From: Pirellula staleyi DSM 6068
GTDB taxonomy: Bacteria; Planctomycetota; Planctomycetia; Pirellulales; Pirellulaceae
Assembly: GCA_000025185.1 (NCBI GenBank)
Contig: CP001848.1
Coordinates: 1,830,001 to 1,862,000 of the forward strand
Length of the DNA stretch: 32,000 nt
Direction: 5' to 3'
Shown here: piece after piece, positions 9,858-17,732 of the stretch
Layout of the letters: every line of letters begins with the position of its first letter
Numbering within the stretch: position 1 is the first letter of the stretch
Translations under genes and position numbers: made by a program
Notes under the pieces: generated by a model
Told to the model about the DNA's origin: nothing
What the model saw: the letters and a program-made list of their open reading frames with translations, nothing else
Database searches by the model: none

Positions 9858-12800
9858 ATGGCCGATCAGCTTCTGCTCGCGGAACTAGAGCGACGCTTGG
9901 CCAGCTGCGGGCAGATTGCTGCATGGCTGCGGCCGCTGCGCGAAAGTGGGCTCGCGCTCGGCGGAAACAGCGATGTTTTACGGTGGCTCGTCGACGAGTA
10001 TCTGCCGCACCTCGCGGTGGAATCGGAGCAGCTCGGCAGCTTTGATCCCGGTTTTGCTGGGCGCACTCGCACGCTCGATCACGATGCTGCCGTGCAGCAG
10101 CTGGTGCGAGCACCGGTCGCTTCGCTCGCACAGTTGTCGACGCTCTACGAGCACGGGCGTGAGCGCTTCTCGATGTTCGACCCCGCCAGTGCGTACGTCG
10201 CTCGCTCGGCTGAAGTGGCGTATTTCCTGACGCTCGACGAGCATGCCCCAGCGGCAATTGCTGCATGGTGTCGTCTTGCAGGGAGCGTAGACGAACTTTC
10301 GCTGCGCTACGAGCTGATCGAAGCGCTCGATGCGATCGCTCCCTTGCCACTGGTCGATGCGCTGATAGATGCTTGGCTCGATCGCAGCCGGCAAACCGAT
10401 GACCTCTCCTCGATCATGACGCGAGTGAAAGAGGAACTAGCGCATGCGCGCCGGTCGCAAAGTGCAGCGGCTGAAACGTGGTGGCAGGTTCCGCGTGCAG
10501 CGGGGCGTTTGCGCGTGGTGCTGAAGCTGCTCGATCCGCAGCATCAGTGGGCCGATGTCGACACCTGCCTGCAGCAGTTCCGCACGCTGCAAGAGCCTGT
10601 TGTCGCTCCGGCCTGGGCTGCACTGGGGTATCCCGCCGAGGCTTCGCGGAACTTGCAAGGCTCGGTGATTCGCTATGCCTGGTTCTTGCCGCAGGCGCTC
10701 GAAATGCAGGGGCGTTTTGCGGAAGCGATGGAGCTGCAGGCTGAAATCACGAGCGCGCTGGCACCAGAGAATCAGGCTGCTACGCCGCCGCAATTGGTGG
10801 CGATGCTCCGCCGAGCGCTCCTGTTCCGGATGCACGGGATGCACTCGAAGTTTCACGAGCAATGGCGCGCGCTTGCGCCAGCAGGTCAGTTCGACGAGCT
10901 CGAGCCCGCGCTGCTGTCGGCGAGCCACTGGATCGAGAACCTCACGTTCTCCTACGATGCTGCTCTCGCCGCGCATCTGCTGATGAGCGAAGGATCGCGC
11001 GCGACGCTCCGCTGGCTCGAGCGACGTCTGGGGATCACCTCCTTCGCTGCTGCGACCGATCACGAAATCGGCGCTGCTGTCCAGTCGCAGCTTCCGCGCC
11101 TTTTGGCAACCTTGCCAATCATCGCCGGTGGGCTCTCGCAGCTGCTTGCCCCTCAGCAGTCACTTCGTTTGCTCGAACTGGCGCTCGGCACTTGGGGGGT
11201 AAGCGATAACGATCTCGCCGAGCAACTGCGCCGCGCGCCAGTGCAGGCGCTGCGCGGCCTCGTTCCGTACGTTGCCCAGTGGCTTGTCGCGAGTGGCAAT
11301 CCGCGCCGTGCGGCGTGCTACTTCTTTCCTGAAGCGAGCGCGAATCCTGCAGAGCGAGTCGACCATTTTGCCGCGCTGCTGTCGGCCTGGGGGATCGATC
11401 GGGAGCAGGAAACGCTCGCCTGGATCACTTTTTGCGATGTCGCCTTCTCGATCTTCCGGGCCTTGTCGTGGCACGAAGCGGAGGAGCTTTGGCTCGCCTA
11501 TGTCACGGCCGATCTGGCGTGGACAGCGGCGCGCGGGAATGCCACGCAGTCGCTCCTGGCGGCGAATCTCAGCGAGCGCTGCCTCACGCTTCCGGCCGCT
11601 TATCGAGCTCCCTATGCCAGTGAGTTGTGCACGCAAGTCGGTCTGCTCTTGCGACATGCAGTGGCGAGTGCTGGTGCTGCAGCAGCCGACCGCGTGGTGA
11701 CACTTCAGTCGACGATGCGAGCGCGCCACGTCGCCTCGCGCTCGCTGGTGACACTCAGTCTGCGTGCTGAAAATTTTGATGCCGCGCGAAAGCTCCGCTG
11801 CGAAGCGCTGGTGATCGATGCCGAGCTTTCGCAGCGCGTGCTGCGCGAGCAGATCCGTTTGCGCAGAGCCGAGCGCCATGCGCGCGAGCTTCAGCCTCCG
11901 CGCGCGACTACCTCGTCGATAGCAGCTGCTTCGCCCCCAGGCTGGAGCATGCCGCGCGCGAACGATCAAACTGCCGAGTGGTCGCAAGCACTCCCCTTTG
12001 CGCTCGACCTTCGCGCGAGTCCCGCCTGGGAATCACTCGACCCCGGAACAACCGATCAGCTTGCGCCGCGCGGACTCTCTGATAGCCTTCCTGCCACAGA
12101 CGATGCTCCCGAAATGGCCTACTCGAGCCAGCGACTCGCCGCGACACTCGCGCCACACGAGGCTCTGCTGACGCTCGGTTTTGCACTCACAGGGGAGTTT
12201 GTCTGGAACCTGTTTCGCTGCGAGCAGGATGATCTTGCGCTCGTGGCCAGCGATGCCGGTAGTGGCTCGGCGACCGATGAGCAGCGCGTGCAAAGCGCGA
12301 TCGATCGGCTCGAGATGGCGATGCGCTTGGCCTGGCCCATCGATGCAGCAGCGTCGTGGAAATCGCAGGTGGAGTCGGAAGTAGCCGCGATCAGTTTCGG
12401 GCTCCGTAAATCGCTCGATCGCGCGACACTCGAGCGGCAATACCGGCTGCTGCTCGATCGGCTCGCCGAGTTTCGTCCCTTGGTGGCTGCCGCGCGCAGC
12501 GCGTTTGACGCTGCATTTTCCGGTTCCGCAGCGATCTCGAGCGCCGACTGGAATGCCTGGTGGCAGAACGCGCTGGCCGAGCTTCCCGATACCGCGACCG
12601 TTGAAAGCGAACTCCACGAGCGACTTGCAAGCGCCCTCGACAATCTGCTCGCGGAGCTTTCGACGATCCTTCCCATCGCGACGATCGCCACGCATCTTCG
12701 CCCCGACGATCACCTGCTGCTGCAAGTCGAAGGAACGCTGCATGCGATTCCGCTGGCGATGCTCCACGCTGGTGGTGCTGCAGGCTCACGTGAAAAATTT

Positions 12801-13634
12801 CTGTGCGAGCAGGTCAGCACGTTGCAGGTGATCCCCTCGCTCTTGGCCCTTGCCGATTTGCGTCAGGCAGAAGCAGCGGCGAACTTCGACTCGTCTCGAC
12901 CACAGCTTCTTTCGCTCTCTTCGCTCGACAGAGACGACCCGCGCGAAGCACCGGTAGCGCAGCTGTTCGAGCGTCAGCAAGCGGCGCTCCGCGCGGAGCT
13001 GTTGGGCCAAACGCCGATCGCTATCGACTGGACGATCGCTGGCAGCGATCCCCCCGGGTCGTACAGCACACTGCAAACGATGCTCGCCGAGCGCCGCGCA
13101 ATTCCGCTCGCTACGCTGGTGGGACATGGAAGCAGCTCTCCCGGCGGCATGCTCCTGCAAGCGTCGCCCCCTGAAGCTCGCGAGCGCTACGAGCTGTGGA
13201 CTGGCAGCGAGCTTTGGACTGCCACGAGCGAGCGAACTGCTACCCGCGCGATGACTGAGGATCTTGCGGCGGTCCAGCTGCTGCTGCAAGTGAGCTGCAG
13301 CATCGGGCGCATTCGCCAGTCGGGGCTGCAGGACTTCGATGGATTTTGCATTCGGCTGTTCGAGAGTGGCCTGCGCTCGACCATCGCCGCCCGCTGGCGC
13401 ATTCATGGTAGCCAAGCGGTGCTCTTAGCGACAGAAATCGCACGCGACTATTTGACCCGCCGCATGCGCGAAGCCGATGCGCCGACCAATCACCGGCGCG
13501 ACCGGGCTGAGAGTCTCGCTGCAGTGCGGCTCCGCTGGATTCACGAATTACGCAGCAGCGATGCCGCGACAGCAGCGCGAGCCCGCGAGCGGTCGGCCAC
13601 ACTCGCGGCGTTTGAGCTGTTTGGCCTCGGCTAG
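9858..13634 (+). CDS. Large helical-repeat protein with C-terminal CHAT (caspase-like) protease domain
   Basis: 1258 aa from ATG 9858. The ORF is open from 9756, but that extension overlaps the DoxX-like gene. The C-terminal ~330 aa (about 12700-13634) show LHAIPLAML, a candidate catalytic His in LVGHGSS (codon 13125-13127), a candidate catalytic Cys in LLLQVSCSIG (codon 13296-13298), then AARWRIHGSQAVLLATEIARDYL. The N-terminal ~900 aa are Ala/Leu-rich helical and no P-loop was seen. Confidence 0.8.
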   Translation: MADQLLLAELERRLASCGQIAAWLRPLRESGLALGGNSDVLRWLVDEYLPHLAVESEQLGSFDPGFAGRTRTLDHDAAVQQLVRAPVASLAQLSTLYEHGRERFSMFDPASAYVARSAEVAYFLTLDEHAPAAIAAWCRLAGSVDELSLRYELIEALDAIAPLPLVDALIDAWLDRSRQTDDLSSIMTRVKEELAHARRSQSAAAETWWQVPRAAGRLRVVLKLLDPQHQWADVDTCLQQFRTLQEPVVAPAWAALGYPAEASRNLQGSVIRYAWFLPQALEMQGRFAEAMELQAEITSALAPENQAATPPQLVAMLRRALLFRMHGMHSKFHEQWRALAPAGQFDELEPALLSASHWIENLTFSYDAALAAHLLMSEGSRATLRWLERRLGITSFAAATDHEIGAAVQSQLPRLLATLPIIAGGLSQLLAPQQSLRLLELALGTWGVSDNDLAEQLRRAPVQALRGLVPYVAQWLVASGNPRRAACYFFPEASANPAERVDHFAALLSAWGIDREQETLAWITFCDVAFSIFRALSWHEAEELWLAYVTADLAWTAARGNATQSLLAANLSERCLTLPAAYRAPYASELCTQVGLLLRHAVASAGAAAADRVVTLQSTMRARHVASRSLVTLSLRAENFDAARKLRCEALVIDAELSQRVLREQIRLRRAERHARELQPPRATTSSIAAASPPGWSMPRANDQTAEWSQALPFALDLRASPAWESLDPGTTDQLAPRGLSDSLPATDDAPEMAYSSQRLAATLAPHEALLTLGFALTGEFVWNLFRCEQDDLALVASDAGSGSATDEQRVQSAIDRLEMAMRLAWPIDAAASWKSQVESEVAAISFGLRKSLDRATLERQYRLLLDRLAEFRPLVAAARSAFDAAFSGSAAISSADWNAWWQNALAELPDTATVESELHERLASALDNLLAELSTILPIATIATHLRPDDHLLLQVEGTLHAIPLAMLHAGGAAGSREKFLCEQVSTLQVIPSLLALADLRQAEAAANFDSSRPQLLSLSSLDRDDPREAPVAQLFERQQAALRAELLGQTPIAIDWTIAGSDPPGSYSTLQTMLAERRAIPLATLVGHGSSSPGGMLLQASPPEARERYELWTGSELWTATSERTATRAMTEDLAAVQLLLQVSCSIGRIRQSGLQDFDGFCIRLFESGLRSTIAARWRIHGSQAVLLATEIARDYLTRRMREADAPTNHRRDRAESLAAVRLRWIHELRSSDAATAARARERSATLAAFELFGLG

Positions 13635-13785
13635 TGCTCCGTCTATCGATCGATTTCAAGCAAAACCGGGTGGCTACTAGCTGGCTTGTCCAGCAGTGTG
13701 CACCTCTATAATCTCAAAACCGTGTTGAGCTACGCACAACGCAGGCACCAACTGAACGTGACATTGATTGCTTGACGAAGTCGTA

Positions 13786-13811
13786 GGTCAGGTCCCCTCT
13801 CAGGGACCTGA
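13786..13811. terminator. Perfect 10-bp hairpin between the convergent CHAT and dynamin genes (candidate bidirectional terminator, no clear U-tract)
   Basis: GTCAGGTCCC (13786-13795), loop CTCTCA, GGGACCTGAC (13802-13811). Confidence 0.35.
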
Positions 13812-14031
13812 CGGGAGTTGATCCGGCAATTCTCGATCCGGTTTCACCACGCTTGTCCCGCGTCTCGACGTGGGGGTTCTAACGTGCCGGGTGCCTGCTC
13901 TTCTCGCGGGGCTTTGCAGCTACAACGTGCTCTCTACTGGCAATGTCCACTCCCGTCAGATCCCCTCCAGGCATCTGGACCTACTCGAGCGCCAATCGAT
14001 CGATAGCTGAACTACTTCGACGCGTCGCGCG

Positions 14032-16023
14032 CTACTCCACTTCGAGACCGGCCCGCACACCTTGTAGCGAAGTCAAAATGGTCTCGAGCTGCGAGCGAAT
14101 CAGTGCGCACTCGTTCAGCTGCTCGTCGATCGTTTGCTCCTGCTGCTGTCGATCGACGATCACCGACTCGAGCTGTCCGCGCACTTCGTCGACCATCACC
14201 CCCATCTGCTCCCCCATGGTGTCGCGCATCTTGGTGATCATCTCCAGCACCTGCTGACGAATCACCCCTTCAAGACGCACCTGCTCGCGCAGTAGCGCCG
14301 TCGACAGCGCTGAAGTTGCGGCCGCACGAATTTCACTCGCTGCTTGTTGGGCCTTGAAGATTGTCCGTCCGAGGCTGATCGCTCCAAGGGTAATTCCGAC
14401 GACCGGAATGGTGAACTTCATCATCACCATCGCGAAGCCGAGGATGCCGTTGAAGATCACACCATTGACCACCTTATCGGCCCCGTGGCTGGCCCCTTCG
14501 ATCATCGCTCCCCAGCCTCCCAGGATTCCGAGTCCCGCGCCAGCAATCCGGTTGAGCGCCGAAACCTCTTGCGTCTTTCGTTCGGGGATCAGGCTGACGG
14601 TGGCGGTGATGCTTTGCTGGTACTCTTCGAGGCTCATCATGAAATGCTTTGCTTGCTCGTCGAGCTGCGTCACGAGCTCGGTGTGATGCGCGCGGAGAAT
14701 CTCCATCAGCACCGTCTCTTGCCATTTCTTCACCTCTTGATCGACGTACTTTTGCAGCGAGTCGATCACCTTATCTTCGACTTTTTGTTTGCTCCGAATC
14801 GTCTCCCAGATGCCGACATCGACAGCCGCAGCGCGCTGCGCCAGACCGGTATCAATTTGCCGAATGAGGGAGCGGAGAGAGCTTTGCGCGTCGGTGACCA
14901 TCACATCGCCGCGGCGCTCGATGGTGTGCAAAATGCGCTCGCGCTGACGCTCGACCGCATCGAGCTTGGGACGCTGTTTTTCCATCATCAACTGCAGCTC
15001 TTCGAGCGGCTGTTTGAGCAGTTTTTCGCGGTAGGGCAGGAGCTGCAAAATCCCTTCGCTCACCGCATTTTCTCCCATGCGAATCGGTGTTCGCAGTTTG
15101 ACACGTCCTCGCTCGCGCGCCAGGAATGTCTCGAGCGCCCGCTCAAACTCAGGGACTCCCGACCGGGTAAGCAGTGGCTCTTGATTTTGCAAACGTCCTG
15201 CCAGCGCGTCGCGAGCGGCGACATAAAAAACGCGGGGACGGCCACCGACACGCGGCTCAAGTTTTTCGCGCGACAGCCGCTTCAGATCGCTCACATCTTC
15301 GGGTGAATCACGCACCGCATCAAACCGGTTCCAGAGGAAAAAGACATCGCTGAGATCGCGGCTCGCCAGTTCGTTTTCGATGAACGAACGCTCGCTCGAC
15401 GAGAACTGCTGTTCGCACGAGAGGACGATCACCATCGCATCGGCATCGACCAGGAACGAGCGAGTCACCTCGGTCCGAGTTTCTGATTCGTTGAGCCCCG
15501 GCGAATCGACAATCTCGACGTTTTGACGACAGAGCTCGAGTGGATAAAAGACTTCGCAGTGCGAATAGGGACTCACATTCCGCCGCTGTCCCGTTGCTTC
15601 ATCGACATCGTCTTGCTCGTCGACTTTGATCGTCACCAGATCCTTGAGCGCAGCGGGATTGGCTTCCAGATCGACCTCCAGCGGCGCGCTAACGATCTCA
15701 GGATCATCGTCGCGAAAATAGAGGACCGCGCGTTTCTTTTCACCGAAGCGAATTCGCGTAATCACCGCCGTGCACGGTGCCACTTTTGCCGGAAGAACAT
15801 TTTGTCCCAACAGGGCGTTGATCAGGGTCGATTTGCCGCGCTTGAACTCGCCAGCGATCAGCACCTTGAACGTATCGGACTCAAGCGCCTTGCGAACGCG
15901 CGCGATTTGATCGGCGCGCGAAATGGAATCGAGACGTCGAAAGGCTTGCTCGAGCTGCACGAGCAACTGGCCGACGTGCGCTCGGTCGCGCGCAAAAGTT
16001 TCAAACGTGGGTGCGGATGTCAT
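14032..16023 (-). CDS. Bacterial dynamin-like protein (DLP-2), intact GTPase motifs, C-terminal membrane hairpin
   Basis: 663 aa from ATG 16023. G1 is GEFKRGKST (15829-15852), G3 is VDSPGLNE and G4 is WNRFD. Long helical stalk. Hydrophobic/glycine-rich paddle AGAGLGILGGWGAMIEG...GILGFAMVMMKFTIPVVGITLGAISLG (about 14362-14560). The start overlaps the upstream stop as ATGA (16023-16020). Confidence 0.9.
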   Translation of the reverse strand: MTSAPTFETFARDRAHVGQLLVQLEQAFRRLDSISRADQIARVRKALESDTFKVLIAGEFKRGKSTLINALLGQNVLPAKVAPCTAVITRIRFGEKKRAVLYFRDDDPEIVSAPLEVDLEANPAALKDLVTIKVDEQDDVDEATGQRRNVSPYSHCEVFYPLELCRQNVEIVDSPGLNESETRTEVTRSFLVDADAMVIVLSCEQQFSSSERSFIENELASRDLSDVFFLWNRFDAVRDSPEDVSDLKRLSREKLEPRVGGRPRVFYVAARDALAGRLQNQEPLLTRSGVPEFERALETFLARERGRVKLRTPIRMGENAVSEGILQLLPYREKLLKQPLEELQLMMEKQRPKLDAVERQRERILHTIERRGDVMVTDAQSSLRSLIRQIDTGLAQRAAAVDVGIWETIRSKQKVEDKVIDSLQKYVDQEVKKWQETVLMEILRAHHTELVTQLDEQAKHFMMSLEEYQQSITATVSLIPERKTQEVSALNRIAGAGLGILGGWGAMIEGASHGADKVVNGVIFNGILGFAMVMMKFTIPVVGITLGAISLGRTIFKAQQAASEIRAAATSALSTALLREQVRLEGVIRQQVLEMITKMRDTMGEQMGVMVDEVRGQLESVIVDRQQQEQTIDEQLNECALIRSQLETILTSLQGVRAGLEVE

Positions 16024-17732
16024 GGAAGTTTCTCCGTCGAGCTGACGCCATCGGCTGGAAGTTGAATTTGAGCAAGTAAGGTGCGGCAAACCTGAATCAC
16101 TTCGTGGGGCGAGTCGGTCTGCTGAACGCGATCGGCTGTCTGGTCGGGTCTGCTCGGCTCGAGCGCTTGCACCAGCTGCTCGAACCAGCGATCGCTCTGC
16201 ACTTTCATGTCACTAGCGATCCGCTCGGTCGAGGCATCGATCCACTCAGCGAGCTGGGTGGTGATTGCGGCGCGCTCGGCCTCGAGCTGGGCTTCGGCCA
16301 TGTGCCGCCGGCGGTTGTTCGTGACGATGATTCCAATCACCGAAACGACAGCGGCGGCGAGCGGAGGCATGATCATGATCGGGATCGAGAGGGCGGCAAT
16401 CGTCGCGGTGAGGGCAATGTAGTCGCGCTTGCCATGTTTTTTTTCGACCTCGGGACGACTTGCGACATCGACCTGCAGCTGCGAGCAGCTGGTGCTCTCG
16501 ATCGACTGGCCGAGAGGGACAAAAATCCGTTCGCTCTCGAGCAAACTGCGCATCCGCCGAGCGTAGAGACTCGCCGCCTCTTCGCCTGCTTGCTTGAGAT
16601 CGCGCACCAGATGAGCGGTCGCTTCGTGCTGCAGATACTCGAGCGATGCCGACGCTAGTCGGGCCGAGAGTTCGAGCGACAGCTGCGACGCGCGGCCGCG
16701 CAGCTGCGCAATGGCCTCGCGCTGGGTCAGGCGATGTTCCCCCTCGAGCATCGAGCGATTACGCGCGGTGGGATCGCTCTCGGCGCGCTCGGGAGGAGGC
16801 TCGGGCAACAGCAGCTCGCTCCGGTCGAGCAGATGGGCCAGCAGAGTGGTCCACCGAACCGCCGCGGCGGGAATGCCAGCGGCAAGCCGCGCGCGAAGTG
16901 CCGCTGCAGGATCTTGCGTGACAAGCTCAATCTGAGCCGCTCGGCGCGAGACAAAACGCTCGAGCCGCGTGGCTAGTTCCTCGCGATCTGCGGCGCTTGC
17001 GACGCTGTCGAGGTCGCTCACCACTAGCATCACCGGCGCTGCAGCGTAGGGCAACACGAGTTCGTCGAGGACCCGCTGTTCGCTCGTCGAGAGGAGCTGA
17101 TGCGCGGTGAGGGTCATTACGACGACGGCCGAGCGGAGGCTGACTCGCAGCAGCGACTCGACCGACGCTTCGCTTCGCAAATCGGGAAGGGAAGCAACGG
17201 CCCAGTGGCCATGGCCGAGCAGCGGCGAAGGGAGTTGCACCAGCACCCCGGGTCCGATATCGCGCGGACGTAGCGGCAGCTCGAGCGGTTCGCTATTTCC
17301 CGAAAGCAGCGTGGCGCTGGCGGCTGTGCCGTAAGCAATCGTGATCGGCCCGGCACTCTCTTGCCAGTTCCCCGCAAAAAGTTCGGTCTCGAGGAGCTGA
17401 TTCACCAGCAGCAGACGCTGTTTGGCCGAGCTTCCCAAAATCGTGACGCAGGGAATTTCGGCAGCAGCCAGCTGCGCCGCTGTCGCCGCTTCGTTTCGTA
17501 CTTCGCGAAAGCTTCGAATGGCGGTGGCCAGTTTCGAAAAACTGCCATGCTGATGACCGGGCAGCTCTTGCTCGACCCGCGTCACCACATCGGCCATCAC
17601 ACCAATGGCTGCCTGCAGGTTGGTCGGAATAGTGACGCGCGCCGCGAGTGATTTGGCAGAGATGGGGCTACCACAGCTGCTGCAGAAGCGAGCTTGATCG
17701 CGCAGCGGAGTTCCACAATGGTTGCAGTTCAT
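16020..17732 (-). CDS. Zinc-ribbon protein with degenerate dynamin-like G domain (predicted pseudo-GTPase) and C-terminal membrane hairpin
   Basis: 570 aa from ATG 17732. N-terminal ribbon CNHCGTPLRDQARFCSSCG. VTILGSSAKQRLLLVNQLLETELF aligns to the P-loop/helix-1 of the two neighbouring DLPs (VLIAGEFKRGKSTLINALLGQNVL), but GxxxxGKS is lost. ASLPDL replaces DxPG and VVSDLD replaces (N/T)KxD. Hydrophobic hairpin YIALTATIAALSIPIMIMPPLAAAVVSVIGIIVTNN (about 16317-16421). Confidence 0.75.
   Translation of the reverse strand: MNCNHCGTPLRDQARFCSSCGSPISAKSLAARVTIPTNLQAAIGVMADVVTRVEQELPGHQHGSFSKLATAIRSFREVRNEAATAAQLAAAEIPCVTILGSSAKQRLLLVNQLLETELFAGNWQESAGPITIAYGTAASATLLSGNSEPLELPLRPRDIGPGVLVQLPSPLLGHGHWAVASLPDLRSEASVESLLRVSLRSAVVVMTLTAHQLLSTSEQRVLDELVLPYAAAPVMLVVSDLDSVASAADREELATRLERFVSRRAAQIELVTQDPAAALRARLAAGIPAAAVRWTTLLAHLLDRSELLLPEPPPERAESDPTARNRSMLEGEHRLTQREAIAQLRGRASQLSLELSARLASASLEYLQHEATAHLVRDLKQAGEEAASLYARRMRSLLESERIFVPLGQSIESTSCSQLQVDVASRPEVEKKHGKRDYIALTATIAALSIPIMIMPPLAAAVVSVIGIIVTNNRRRHMAEAQLEAERAAITTQLAEWIDASTERIASDMKVQSDRWFEQLVQALEPSRPDQTADRVQQTDSPHEVIQVCRTLLAQIQLPADGVSSTEKLP

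Noticed and set aside
14344-15306. 320-aa plus-strand ORF antisense to DLP-2
   Set aside because: It is a shadow ORF. The minus-strand frame carries the complete dynamin motif set, and the plus-frame product is low-complexity with no motifs.
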